Below, piece by piece: positions 1 to 9,286 of a stretch of DNA of 24,000 nt (position 1 is the first letter of the stretch; every line of letters starts with the position of its first letter). Under the pieces are notes generated by a model. The model made no database searches. It was not told the DNA's origin and worked only from the letters and a program-made list of their open reading frames with translations. Position numbers and translations under genes: made by a program. This DNA comes from Anoxybacillus pushchinoensis (GTDB lineage Bacteria > Bacillota > Bacilli > Bacillales > Anoxybacillaceae), in contig NZ_FOJQ01000011.1 in assembly GCF_900111795.1 (NCBI RefSeq), positions 15,220 through 39,219 on the forward strand. Reading direction: 5' to 3'.

Positions 1-868
1 TTGTTACCGCTGTAAAGTTTGGAGCGTGCTTTAATACACCGGCAATAAACTGTAATGCTGTTTCACTTAGTTGTAGTTGACCGTTCGGATCAAAAAAGGC
101 ATTTTCACCATTTTTAAAGAGCGACAAGTTACAATGCATACCCGAACCATTCACACCAAAGAGCGGCTTTGGCATAAATGTCGCATGCAAACCGTGTTTA
201 CGTGCGACTGTTTTAACAACAAGTTTAAATGTTTGGATGTCATCACACGCTTTTACCGCATTAGCATACTTAAAGTCAATTTCATGTTGTCCTGGCGCAA
301 CTTCGTGATGGGATGCTTCAATCTCAAATCCCATTTCTTCTAATTCTAATACGATATCGCGACGGCAATTTTCCCCTAAATCTGTTGGTGCTAAATCAAA
401 GTAACCGCCATTATCATTTAATTCCAGCGTCGGTTCACCTTTTTCGTCTAGCTTAAATAGGAAAAACTCCGGCTCTGGACCTAAGTTGAATTCTGTAAAT
501 CCGAGTGCTTCCATTTCTTTCAACACCCGCTTTAAGTTATAACGCGGGCATCCTTCGAATGGGGTACCATCTGGATTGTAAATGTCACAAATAAAGCGTG
601 CCACTTTTCCTTTTTCAGCTGTCCACGGGAAGATAACGAATGTATCTAAATCTGGATATAAATACATATCTGATTCTTCAATACGAACAAATCCCTCGAT
701 CGACGACCCATCAAACATCATTTTATTATCGAGCGCCTTTTGCAATTGACTTACAGGAATTTCTACGTTTTTGATCGTACCGAGAATGTCTGTGAACTGC
801 AAGCGAATATACTTTACATTCTCTTCCTTTACAATACGAAAAATGTCTTCTTTTGTGTACTTAGCCAT
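1..868 (-). CDS. glnA: Glutamine synthetase type I, partial (C-terminus beyond the window start)
   Basis: Not in the ORF track because it runs off the edge. Reverse complement from ATG at 868 reads [38 protein letters not shown]...[23 protein letters not shown]...[12 protein letters not shown]...[19 protein letters not shown], characteristic of GlnA; RBS GGGGGAGGAATATGT upstream; glnR directly upstream. Confidence 0.97.
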   Translation of the reverse strand, partial: MAKYTKEDIFRIVKEENVKYIRLQFTDILGTIKNVEIPVSQLQKALDNKMMFDGSSIEGFVRIEESDMYLYPDLDTFVIFPWTAEKGKVARFICDIYNPDGTPFEGCPRYNLKRVLKEMEALGFTEFNLGPEPEFFLFKLDEKGEPTLELNDNGGYFDLAPTDLGENCRRDIVLELEEMGFEIEASHHEVAPGQHEIDFKYANAVKACDDIQTFKLVVKTVARKHGLHATFMPKPLFGVNGSGMHCNLSLFKNGENAFFDPNGQLQLSETALQFIAGVLKHAPNFTAVT

Positions 869-928
869 ACATATTCCTCCCCCAGAATGAAAAAGATTAT
901 TTATGTTTATGTTAAAAACATAAATTTC

Positions 929-1333
929 TTAATGGAAAAAGCGAGCGATGTCCCCTTGGCGGAGCGATGCACGATTAAAACGGCCCGCTTGCATTAATTC
1001 GGTACGCAACAATTTGCGTAGCTCTGCCTCTGACAAATCTTGCTTCACCACTTTTGGTGAAACGGATGGCGTTGTCTCAAAGTGCTGTTGTTGACGTGAG
1101 GCGAAAATTTGTTTAATCCCCGCTAAATTAACCCCTTGCTCGATGAGGTCTTTAATTTCAAGCAAGCGATCTACATCATTAAATGAAAATAACCGACGAT
1201 TGCCTTCCGTACGAGCAGGTGAAACAAGACCGTGTTCTTCATAATAGCGGATTTGACGTGCTGACAAATCGGTTAACTGCATAACGATGCCAATTGGAAA
1301 CAACGGCATGGAGCGACGAATTTGACTATTCAT
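929..1333 (-). CDS. glnR: MerR-family transcriptional repressor of the glutamine synthetase operon
   Basis: 134 aa with MerR-type HTH ([33 protein letters not shown]); location immediately upstream of glnA; GlnR operators in front. Confidence 0.96.
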   Translation of the reverse strand: MNSQIRRSMPLFPIGIVMQLTDLSARQIRYYEEHGLVSPARTEGNRRLFSFNDVDRLLEIKDLIEQGVNLAGIKQIFASRQQQHFETTPSVSPKVVKQDLSEAELRKLLRTELMQAGRFNRASLRQGDIARFFH

Positions 1334-1375
1334 GTCGACCCCTCCTTACGTAATACGTATTTTTATTTTATTATA

Positions 1376-1392
1376 TGTTAGTTTATATGTCA
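1376..1392 (-). promoter_or_regulatory. GlnR operator 2, overlapping the -35 region (minus-strand TTGACA-N17-TAAAAT)
   Basis: Minus strand TGACATATAAACTAACA fits the GlnR/TnrA-type 17-mer (TGWNA-N7-TNACA pattern) and resembles the B. subtilis glnRA proximal operator. Confidence 0.85.
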
Positions 1393-1398
1393 ATGAAA

Positions 1399-1415
1399 TG
1401 TTACGTTTCATTACA
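1399..1415 (-). promoter_or_regulatory. GlnR operator 1 upstream of glnRA
   Basis: Minus strand TGTAATGAAACGTAACA matches TGTNA-N7-TNACA exactly; 6 bp from operator 2, as in the B. subtilis glnRA promoter. Confidence 0.87.
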
Positions 1416-1434
1416 TATTTTTTTCTGAAATATT

Positions 1435-2703
1435 TTATAATTGAATTAATCGTTTTTCAAGCAATCGGTCAACAGCCATACAAACAGCAATTTTCACGTG
1501 CGAATACGTGAGACCCCCTTGTACGTACGCAACATACGGTGGTCGAATTGGTCCATCGGCTGATAGCTCGATGCTTGCCCCTTGTACAAACGTCCCTGCC
1601 GCCATAATGACATCATCCTCATAACCCGGCATGTAATTCGGATATGGAGTAAAATGCGAATTGACAGGGGAGGCGAATTGAATGGCTTGACAAAACGCTA
1701 TCATTTGCTCTGCTCCATCAAATTGCACGGACTGAATCAAGTCCGTACGCTTCGCATCCCACGTCGGATACGTATTCATTCCGATTCGTTCAAGCATTGC
1801 TGCAGTAAACACGGCACCTTTCAACGCTTGTCCAACGGTATGGGGGGCCAAGAAAAAGCCTTGATACATTTCTTGCAAACTGTACAAAGAGGCGCCTGCT
1901 TCCGCACCAATTCCTGGCGAGGTCATACGATAAGCACACATATTGATATATTCTTTTTTACCGACGAGATATCCTCCTGTTTTCGCTAATCCACCACCTG
2001 GATTTTTAATCAATGAGCCGGCGATTAAATCAGCACCAACATGACATGGTTCTCGCTCCTCAACGAATTCACCATAACAGTTATCAACAAAAACAACAAC
2101 ATCTTGTTTAATTGTTTTAACAACATCAATCATTTGTTTGATTTCAGCAATTGTAAACGAAGGCCGAGGATCATATCCTTTTGAACGTTGAATGCCGATC
2201 ATCTTCGTCCGACTGTTGATTGCTCGTTCGACTGCTTCAAAATCAACTTTTCCTTCTGAAGTAAGCGGCACGCTGTTATAACCAATATGAAACTCTTTTA
2301 ACGAACCGATTCCTTCGCCGCGAATGCCGACGATTTCTTCTAGCGTATCGTACGGTTTTCCAGTAATATACAACAATTCATCCCCCGGACGTAACACACC
2401 AAACAGCGCGATCGTAATCGCATGTGTACCGGAAATGATTTGTGGGCGGACAAGCGCCGCTTCCCCACCGAATACGTCTGCATACACTTTTTCAAGTGTG
2501 TCACGTCCTATATCATCATAGCCATACCCTGTAGACGGAATAAAATGTGCATCGCTCACTTGATGACGACGAAAACTTTGCAGTACACGATATTGATTAT
2601 AATCAATGCGAGCATCAATCGCCTGATGAATCGGTGCGATTTGTGCCTCAATTTCTTTGACAAGTGTAGAAATCGTTTCTCCATGTGTTAAATGCTCAAA
2701 CAT
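1435..2703 (-). CDS. ynbB: Methionine gamma-lyase / aluminium-resistance-like PLP-dependent protein (YnbB family)
   Basis: 422 aa; PLP-enzyme features (ISGTHAITIALFGVLRPGDELLYITGKPYDTLEE, VDNCYGEFVE, SLIKNPGGGLAKTGGY); located between hflX and glnR as in B. subtilis. Confidence 0.9.
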   Translation of the reverse strand: MFEHLTHGETISTLVKEIEAQIAPIHQAIDARIDYNQYRVLQSFRRHQVSDAHFIPSTGYGYDDIGRDTLEKVYADVFGGEAALVRPQIISGTHAITIALFGVLRPGDELLYITGKPYDTLEEIVGIRGEGIGSLKEFHIGYNSVPLTSEGKVDFEAVERAINSRTKMIGIQRSKGYDPRPSFTIAEIKQMIDVVKTIKQDVVVFVDNCYGEFVEEREPCHVGADLIAGSLIKNPGGGLAKTGGYLVGKKEYINMCAYRMTSPGIGAEAGASLYSLQEMYQGFFLAPHTVGQALKGAVFTAAMLERIGMNTYPTWDAKRTDLIQSVQFDGAEQMIAFCQAIQFASPVNSHFTPYPNYMPGYEDDVIMAAGTFVQGASIELSADGPIRPPYVAYVQGGLTYSHVKIAVCMAVDRLLEKRLIQL

Positions 2704-2716
2704 AGCAAGCCCCTTT

Positions 2717-3964
2717 CTATTTGTTGTATATTCTTAGTTGTAACAGTAATGGATGTTCCGACAATATGTAGCCGCTACATTCATACATGCCACTTTGTTC
2801 ATTGTAATATATGTGCTGCACAATTGTTTCTGATTTTAGCTGTGCGAGCATTTTCCCCTCAAATGCAGGAATCGCTATATCGTAACGTTCCATCGCTTCG
2901 ATCATGTGTGTTTCAATAAATCGGCGCAGCTTTTGTACATCTTGTTCACTAAACGCACTTACTAATATATAGTCTGTTTTCGAGCTTGGAACAAAGCTTG
3001 GAAGAGTGATATCACGTTTGTTATATACAGTAGCGATTGGAATGGTCGTCGCCTCCAATTCTTCAAGTAAACGATAAACGGTTTGTTCATGTTGAATATA
3101 ATCCGGATTCGATGAATCGACAATATGTAAAATAAAATCCGCTTCTTTCACCTCTTCTAACGTCGAACGAAACGCTGCCACAAGAGTAGTTGGTAAATCT
3201 TGAATGAAACCGACCGTATCCGTCAAAAGCGCCGTATAACCGCTTGGCAACACCAATTTGCGCGTGAGCGGATCTAATGTAGCAAACAATAAATTTTCTT
3301 CAAAAGCATTGGCGTTCGTTAGTCGGTTAAAAAGTGTCGATTTCCCTGCGTTTGTATAGCCGACGAGCGCAATTTGAAACACAGCATTTTTTTTCCGCCG
3401 CTCTCGATATCTCCCTCGATGTTCAACAACAGCCTTTAACTGTGCTTTAATTTCGTCAATTCGGCGACGAATGTGACGACGGTCTGTTTCTAACTTTGTT
3501 TCCCCTGGTCCTCTCGTTCCGATTCCGCCACCTAATCGGGAAAGTTCTGTTCCTTGTCCGCTTAAGCGTGGCAGTATGTATTGTAATTGTGCAAGCTCAA
3601 CTTGCAATTTTCCTTCTTTTGAGCGCGCGCGGCTTGCGAAAATATCTAAAATAAGTTGCGTTCGGTCAATGATGCGCACGTTTAACAACTTTGTTAAGTT
3701 TCGATTTTGACTTGGCGACAGTTCATCATTAAAAATAATGACGTCTGGCTCAAATTGTTCCACGAGACGCACTAGTTCCTCCACTTTTCCTTTTCCAATA
3801 TAAGTAGCTGGATGAACCGTTTCCCGCTTCTGCGACAGACTAATGATGACCTCACCGTTTGCTGTATGAACGAGGGAAGCAAGCTCTTCCATCGAATACA
3901 AAAATCGTTCATCATCAACATGCGGTAATTGACACCCAACAATAATTACTCGTTCTTTTTGCAT
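2717..3964 (-). CDS. hflX: GTPase HflX
   Basis: [13 protein letters not shown]... start at 3964, in frame with the longer ORF 2717..4279 and preceded by AGGAAAGAGGGAAAAT; HflX signature [18 protein letters not shown] and G motifs [27 protein letters not shown]. Confidence 0.96.
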   Translation of the reverse strand: MQKERVIIVGCQLPHVDDERFLYSMEELASLVHTANGEVIISLSQKRETVHPATYIGKGKVEELVRLVEQFEPDVIIFNDELSPSQNRNLTKLLNVRIIDRTQLILDIFASRARSKEGKLQVELAQLQYILPRLSGQGTELSRLGGGIGTRGPGETKLETDRRHIRRRIDEIKAQLKAVVEHRGRYRERRKKNAVFQIALVGYTNAGKSTLFNRLTNANAFEENLLFATLDPLTRKLVLPSGYTALLTDTVGFIQDLPTTLVAAFRSTLEEVKEADFILHIVDSSNPDYIQHEQTVYRLLEELEATTIPIATVYNKRDITLPSFVPSSKTDYILVSAFSEQDVQKLRRFIETHMIEAMERYDIAIPAFEGKMLAQLKSETIVQHIYYNEQSGMYECSGYILSEHPLLLQLRIYNK

Positions 3965-4043
3965 ATTTTCCCTCTTTCCTGTTGAACATCTGTTCTCATC
4001 ATAACAAATCTCATTTAAAAGTGCTATGGTTGAAAAATGGCCG

Positions 4044-4072
4044 TTGATTTTTTCATATTTTATACATAAAAT
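4044..4072 (+). promoter_or_regulatory. Predicted SigA-type promoter for the TRIC-family gene
   Basis: TTGATT-N17-TAAAAT (4044-4049, 4067-4072), ~38 bp upstream of the ATG at 4110. Confidence 0.6.
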
Positions 4073-4109
4073 TTTAACGTAATGTGACATCACAGAAAGG
4101 ATTACGATC

Positions 4110-4718
4110 ATGACTTGGGAAGTATTAAGTATGATTGGCACCATCGCCTTTGCGATTAGCGGAGCCATTGTTGCTATGGAAGAAGAATACGATATTTTAG
4201 GTGTGTACATCCTCGGAATTGTAACGGCATTCGGCGGCGGTGCTGTACGCAACGTATTAATCGGCGTACCTGTATCCATTCTATGGCAACAACAAACACT
4301 TTTTTTGATTGCGTTTATCGCGATGACGATTGTCTATTTATTCCCGCAAAAAATGTTGCCGCATTGGCAACGTTGGGGCAACTTTTTCGACGCCCTCGGA
4401 CTTTCAGCTTTCGCCATTCAAGGGGCACTATATGCCGTTCAAATGAATCGACCATTAAGCGCAGTTATTGTTGCTGCTGTACTAACAGGAAGCGGAGGCG
4501 GAATGATTCGCGATGTATTAGCAGGAAGAAAGCCTCTTGTATTACGTGATGAAATTTATGCTGCTTGGGCCATTGTAGCTGGCGTTGCGGTTGGAACAGG
4601 CATTGCACACTCCTCAATTAGCCTGTATGTATTGTTTGTTGTCGTTGCCGCGTTGCGCATTTTATCGTACACATATAACTGGAAATTGCCGAATAAATCA
4701 TTAAAATTAGGGAATTAA
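4110..4718 (+). CDS. TRIC (trimeric intracellular cation channel)-family / UPF0126 membrane protein, YvgT-like
   Basis: 202 aa, seven hydrophobic segments, glycine-rich repeats ([13 protein letters not shown] ... [13 protein letters not shown]) typical of the UPF0126/TRIC fold duplication; RBS AGAAAGGATTACGATC before ATG. Confidence 0.88.
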   Translation: MTWEVLSMIGTIAFAISGAIVAMEEEYDILGVYILGIVTAFGGGAVRNVLIGVPVSILWQQQTLFLIAFIAMTIVYLFPQKMLPHWQRWGNFFDALGLSAFAIQGALYAVQMNRPLSAVIVAAVLTGSGGGMIRDVLAGRKPLVLRDEIYAAWAIVAGVAVGTGIAHSSISLYVLFVVVAALRILSYTYNWKLPNKSLKLGN

Positions 4719-4750
4719 AACAGGGGACCCAAATACCGTCCCCTGTTTTT
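4719..4750. terminator. Bidirectional intrinsic terminator between convergent TRIC gene and thiolase gene
   Basis: AACAGGGGAC (4719-4728) / GTCCCCTGTT (4738-4747) perfect 10-bp stem flanked by A-run and T-run. Confidence 0.88.
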
Positions 4751-5904
4751 TACTGTCCCCACCGCTCGACAATGGTCGCGGTTGCCATGCCGTGCCCGAT
4801 ATAAATCGTTAATAAGCCGTAGCGCCCCTTTCGTCGTTCGAGTTCGTGAACGAGCGACGTCATCAGTTTCACACCCGTTGCCCCAAGCGGATGACCTAAC
4901 GCAATCGCACCACCGTTGACATTTACTTTGGAAAGTGAAACGCCAATTTCTTTTTGCCAAGCAAGGACGACAGACGCGAACGCTTCGTTAATTTCAATGA
5001 GGTCGATAGCGTCCATTGTGAGATTCGCTTTTTGTAATACTTTTTTCGTTGTCGGAATGACACCATCTAGCATGTACGTCGGATCAGAGCCAACAACTGT
5101 TTGAGCGACAATTTTTGCTTTCGGCCTCAAACCGAGTCGAATCGCTGTTTCCCGCTCCATGAGCAACACCGCCGCCGCACCGTCGCTCATTTGGCTTGCG
5201 TTCCCAGCAGTAATTTTCCCGTTTTGTTTAAAGACCGGCTTCAATGCTGCCAGCGCTTCAAGCGACGTATCTTGGCGCGGCCCTTCATCAATTGTCACGA
5301 TGATGTCGTTCCCATCTTTATCAAGCCCGATGACCGATACCATTTCTTCGATGAAACGACCTTCTGCTTGCGCCCGAAGCGCCCGCTGGTGGCTTTCGTA
5401 CGCATATGCATCTAACTGTTCTCGTGTCAATTCGTATTTTTCAGCAATCAGTTCGGCAGAAACACCTTGGTGGACGAATTCGTATTTTTCATGGAGCGAC
5501 GGTGGAATCGTTTGCTCGTTTCCATCGCTTAAAATCGGAACTTTTGTCATACTTTCCACCCCAGCCGCAATCGCGATGTCCATATCGCCTGATTTAATTT
5601 CCTGCGCAGCGAAATGAAGCGCCTGCTGGCCTGAACCGCACATCCGGTTAATTTGCACCGCGGGAACTTCTATCGGAAAGCCTGCCTCAAGCGCTGCTAA
5701 ACGCCCGATATTATACCCTTGCTCGCCAATCGGCGTTACGCATCCCATCACAATATCTTCAATCAATTGCTTTTCCACCCCAGCACGCTTAACAACTTCC
5801 TCAAGCACAATGGCCGCTAAATGAACCGGATGTTTGTCGCGAAACACCCCGTTTCGCTTGCCGACAGGAGTGCGTACCGCTTCGACAATGACTACTTCAC
5901 GCAT
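4750..5904 (-). CDS. Acetyl-CoA C-acyltransferase (thiolase)
   Basis: ORF 4750..5922; likely start MREVVIVEAVRTPVG at 5904 with GAAGGG RBS. Thiolase motifs VQINRMCGSGQQALHFAAQEI, NVNGGAIALGHPLGATG, and the C-terminal loop GLLTIYIGHGMATATIVER (see findings). Confidence 0.93.
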   Translation of the reverse strand: MREVVIVEAVRTPVGKRNGVFRDKHPVHLAAIVLEEVVKRAGVEKQLIEDIVMGCVTPIGEQGYNIGRLAALEAGFPIEVPAVQINRMCGSGQQALHFAAQEIKSGDMDIAIAAGVESMTKVPILSDGNEQTIPPSLHEKYEFVHQGVSAELIAEKYELTREQLDAYAYESHQRALRAQAEGRFIEEMVSVIGLDKDGNDIIVTIDEGPRQDTSLEALAALKPVFKQNGKITAGNASQMSDGAAAVLLMERETAIRLGLRPKAKIVAQTVVGSDPTYMLDGVIPTTKKVLQKANLTMDAIDLIEINEAFASVVLAWQKEIGVSLSKVNVNGGAIALGHPLGATGVKLMTSLVHELERRKGRYGLLTIYIGHGMATATIVERWGQ

Positions 5905-5918
5905 GCTTTTCCCTTCTT

Positions 5919-6764
5919 TCATTCGTATGTGTAAAATCCTTTGCCTGTTTTTCGTCCGAGATGCCCTGCTTCGACAAGTTTACGGAGCGTCTGTGGCGGA
6001 CGAAACCGGTCGCCATATGCTTCTGTCATATTTTCGCTGACAAACAACATCGTATCTAACCCGACTAAATCGGCAAGTTCAAGCGGTCCCATCGGATAAT
6101 TCAGCCCAAGGCGAATCGCTTTATCGATATGCTCTGCGGAAGCGATTCCTTCTTCGTACATGCGAATGCATTCGATCATATGTGCAGCTAGCGCTCTTGT
6201 TGTCACAAATCCTTGCATATCTTTTACGATGACTGTTTCTTTGCCGATGGATTCCGATAGCTGTTGAATCGCTTCAATCGTCTGCTCGGACGTCGCCACG
6301 CCTTTCACAATCTCAATGAGCTTCATTACTGGCGCTGGATTAAACCAATGCATGCCGACGACTTGGCTCGGACGCTTCGTCGCTGCAGCAATCGCCGTAA
6401 CGCTTAATTCCGACGTATTTGTCGCTAAAATCGCTTCTTGTTTCGCATAACGGTCAAGCTGTTCAAACACTTGTTTTTTGAGCGGCAAATGTTCTGGCAC
6501 CGCTTCGACGACAACATCTGCTTCTTTTACTGCTTCTTGCAAGTTCGTTTCCGTTTGAATGCGAGAAAGAATAGCCGATGCCTCTTGTTCTTGTAGTTTA
6601 CCAGCCTTGACAAAACGAGAAAGGCTTTTTTGAATGGACTGTATTCCTTTTTCAAGCGCCGCATCAGAAATATCGTATAAATAAACTGTTTTTCCGCCCA
6701 TCGCTAACGACTGGGCGATGCCGCTTCCCATTAAGCCAGCACCGATGACTGCAATTGTTTGCAT
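5919..6764 (-). CDS. 3-hydroxyacyl-CoA / 3-hydroxybutyryl-CoA dehydrogenase
   Basis: 281 aa; N-terminal Rossmann motif IAVIGAGLMGSGIAQ, VGMHWFNPAPVMKLIEIVKG, GFVTTRALAAHMIECIRMYEEGIAS, LDTMLFVSENM. Confidence 0.94.
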   Translation of the reverse strand: MQTIAVIGAGLMGSGIAQSLAMGGKTVYLYDISDAALEKGIQSIQKSLSRFVKAGKLQEQEASAILSRIQTETNLQEAVKEADVVVEAVPEHLPLKKQVFEQLDRYAKQEAILATNTSELSVTAIAAATKRPSQVVGMHWFNPAPVMKLIEIVKGVATSEQTIEAIQQLSESIGKETVIVKDMQGFVTTRALAAHMIECIRMYEEGIASAEHIDKAIRLGLNYPMGPLELADLVGLDTMLFVSENMTEAYGDRFRPPQTLRKLVEAGHLGRKTGKGFYTYE

Positions 6765-6776
6765 CCCTACTCCCCC

Positions 6777-7124
6777 CTATTGAACGTTTGTAAAATAATC
6801 GCGCAGTTGTTCACGTAATTTCATTTTTAAAAATTTTCCGACACTCGTTTTCGGAATTTCACTCATAAAGACGATGTCATCTGGCAGCCACCATTTCGCA
6901 AATTGCGGACGTAAAAAGTCGTATAGCTCCTCTTTTGTCACATGTTTTCCTTCTTTTACTACGACGCAAGCGATCGGGCGTTCTTGCCATTGTGGATGCG
7001 GCACGGCAACAACTGCTGCTTCAAATACCGCTTCATGCGCCATAAGCGCATTTTCTAAATCGACAGACGAAATCCATTCCCCGCCGCTTTTAATGACGTC
7101 TTTCGTCCGATCGACAATGTAATA
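6777..7124 (-). pseudogene. Acyl-CoA ligase (AMP-binding) C-terminal remnant
   Basis: Frame read upstream of the track ORF 6777..7043 gives [55 protein letters not shown]...[23 protein letters not shown], the C-terminal subdomain of long-chain acyl-CoA ligases. The N-terminal ~400 residues are absent. Confidence 0.9.
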
Positions 7125-7588
7125 AACGTTTTTTGTCCGTTGACAATATAATGGTCGCCTTGTTTCACCGCCGTTGTTTTGATACCTGCTAAATCAGAAC
7201 CTGCGCCTGGTTCGGTCATCGCAATGGCGGTGATGAGTTCTCCGGATACACACTTCGGTAGCCATTTCTTCTTTTGTTCTTCTGTGCCGTACGATGCGAT
7301 ATACGGAACGACGATATCGTTATGCAAGCCGATGCCGACAAGGCTAGCCCCTACTCTTTCTAACTCCTCATTGATAACGACCGAATAGCCGAAATCGGCA
7401 CCAAATCCACCGTACGCTTCATCTACCCACGGACAAAGAAATCCATTCTCTCCCATTTTCCTCCAAAACTCCCGTGGAATGATTCCTTGTTTTTCCCATT
7501 CCGCATAAAACGGGTACGCTTCTTTTTGCAAAAACTTTCGGAACGCCTCCCGAAAAATGTGATGTTCTTCATGCAAATAGGTTGCCAT
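7055..7588 (-). pseudogene. Acyl-CoA dehydrogenase, N-terminal fragment fused out of frame to ligase sequence
   Basis: Residues 1-157 are acyl-CoA dehydrogenase-like (MATYLHEEHHIFREAFRKFLQKEAYPFYAEWEKQG...[35 protein letters not shown]), then 20 unrelated residues ([20 protein letters not shown]) to the stop. The middle and C-terminal domains are missing. Confidence 0.9.
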
Positions 7589-7600
7589 GTTGTCCCCACC

Positions 7601-9160
7601 TTATGATTGCGCCATTTTTTTCATTTGTTCGCGCAATAAAAACTTTTGGATTTTTCCGCTCGCATTGCGTGGCAGTGCCTCTACAAAATAGTACGCGCGC
7701 GGTCGTTTGTACGGAGCCAGCTTGTCGCTTTGTTTGCAAAACGCCTCTAATTGTTCAGCGGTAAGCTGTTGGTCTTTTTTGACGACGAAAGCAACGACTT
7801 TTTCTCCCCATAGCGCATCTGGCTCTCCAAGCACTGCGACATCAAGCACGCCTTCATGTTCGTAAAGCACGTCTTCTACTTCACGCGGATAGACATTTTC
7901 GCCGCCGCTAATAATCATGTCATCGACGCGGTCGGCAACGTATAAATACCCGTCTTCATCCATGTAGCCTAAATCGCCAGAATGATACCAACCTTTATAC
8001 ATCGCTTTTTCCGTCGCATCTTCGCGATTGTAGTAGCCAACCATCATGCATGAGCCTTTGACGATAATTTCGCCGACTTCTCCTGGCGGTAAAATGTCAT
8101 CGGGGTCAGACGGTTCGTCTTCGCGCGGTTTGGCGATGCGAATTTCATGGTTTAAACACGCACGCCCAGCAGATCCGGCTTTCGTTAACTGCTCATCTTC
8201 GTACAAGAACGTCACAGCTGGTCCCATTTCCGTCATGCCGTACGCTTGGATTAAATCAATGCCTAACCGCTCTTTGCATTCTTTCACAAGCACTGGCGCC
8301 ATCGGAGCAGCTCCGTATAATCCGATGCGAAGCGACGATAAATCATAATCGGACAATTTTTCTTGCAAAAGCATATTCCACATCGTCGGTGCGGCAAATA
8401 AGATTGTAATTTGTTCTTGTTCGATGACCGTTAATACTTGTTTCGGGTCGAAATGATGAACAATCACGTTTGTTGCGCCAGCATGGACGCGCGGAAGGAA
8501 GCAACAATGCAATTCTGCGCAATGGAACATCGGTGCGGTGACAAGCCCTCGCTCTGTTTCGCGAATGCGCATCACAGAATTACAAATTAAGCTTTGCTCG
8601 ACCATGTCGCGATGTCGATGCATCACTCCTTTTGGCCTTCCTGTCGTTCCGCTTGTGTACATAATCGCATACAAGTCACGTTCAGAAACATCGATGGCTG
8701 GAAGCACGCTATTTGCTCGTTGGGTTTGTCCGTGATAGGAAACAGCGTACGCTGGCGCTTGCCCGTCAATGACCCAAAAAGAAACGTGTGGAAATTCATG
8801 ATGAATGGCTGTAATTTGTGGTTCAACTGCTTGTTCAAATAACACGATTTTTGGGGTAGCATCCGTTAAAATGTAAGCGATTTCTTTCGGTCGTAAACGA
8901 AAATTAATCGGGTTAAAAACAGCGCCGATTTTCGCACACGCAAAAAAAGCAGTGGCAAGTTCTGCCGTATTAAATAACACGGTCGATACACGATCTCCTT
9001 TTCGGACTCCCGCTTCTAAGAAAGCGTTTGCAAGTTTGTTCACTTCTTTTTCCCATTGTTCGTACGTATAGCGAAGTCCTGTACGGATATCTACAAGCGC
9101 TTCTTTTTTCGGGAATTTCCTTACCGACTGTGAAAATAACTCTCCGATCGTAATGTACAA
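7601..9160 (-). CDS. Long-/medium-chain fatty-acid--CoA ligase (AMP-binding)
   Basis: 519 aa; AMP-binding motif YTSGTTGRPKGVMH, QAYGMTEMGP, YHSGDLGYMDEDGYLYVADRVDDMIISGGENVYPREVE, NASGKIQK. TTG start with GAGGAGGGA RBS. Confidence 0.94.
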   Translation of the reverse strand: MYITIGELFSQSVRKFPKKEALVDIRTGLRYTYEQWEKEVNKLANAFLEAGVRKGDRVSTVLFNTAELATAFFACAKIGAVFNPINFRLRPKEIAYILTDATPKIVLFEQAVEPQITAIHHEFPHVSFWVIDGQAPAYAVSYHGQTQRANSVLPAIDVSERDLYAIMYTSGTTGRPKGVMHRHRDMVEQSLICNSVMRIRETERGLVTAPMFHCAELHCCFLPRVHAGATNVIVHHFDPKQVLTVIEQEQITILFAAPTMWNMLLQEKLSDYDLSSLRIGLYGAAPMAPVLVKECKERLGIDLIQAYGMTEMGPAVTFLYEDEQLTKAGSAGRACLNHEIRIAKPREDEPSDPDDILPPGEVGEIIVKGSCMMVGYYNREDATEKAMYKGWYHSGDLGYMDEDGYLYVADRVDDMIISGGENVYPREVEDVLYEHEGVLDVAVLGEPDALWGEKVVAFVVKKDQQLTAEQLEAFCKQSDKLAPYKRPRAYYFVEALPRNASGKIQKFLLREQMKKMAQS

Positions 9161-9256
9161 AAAAATCCCTCCTCACTTTTTTGTATCAATATAGATAATA
9201 TTTTTTATTTTCAGACTATATTCTACGAAATAAAAAGAAAACCCTTCTTTCGTACA

Positions 9257-9282
9257 TAAAAAATAAGGAAGGTTTCCCTTCC
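9257..9282 (-). terminator. Intrinsic terminator of spoVK
   Basis: Minus strand GGAAGG-GAAA-CCTTCC followed by TTATTTTTT, just downstream of the spoVK stop. Confidence 0.85.
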
Positions 9283-9286
9283 CAAT

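Noticed and set aside
77-343. Small plus-strand [20 protein letters not shown]...
   Set aside because: Entirely antisense to glnA; no RBS or recognisable family.
1582-1989. Plus-strand 135-aa ORF
   Set aside because: Antisense shadow of the ynbB-like gene; composition mirrors the coding strand.
3965-4279. N-terminal extension of hflX in the ORF track ([28 protein letters not shown]...)
   Set aside because: It is antisense to the start of the plus-strand TRIC gene and its promoter. The conserved HflX sequence starts at [11 protein letters not shown] (3964) with its own RBS.
5101-5617. Overlapping plus-strand ORFs of 104 and 152 aa
   Set aside because: Antisense shadows within the thiolase gene, in different frames of the same interval.
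7118-7125. Simple one-base frameshift (sequencing error) explanation for the dehydrogenase/ligase junction
   Set aside because: Correcting the frame would still join an N-terminal dehydrogenase piece to a C-terminal ligase piece, with both genes missing large domains, so a deletion or rearrangement is needed.
8623-8862. Minus-strand 79-aa ORF inside the acyl-CoA ligase
   Set aside because: Out-of-frame within a well-conserved coding sequence; no homology features.
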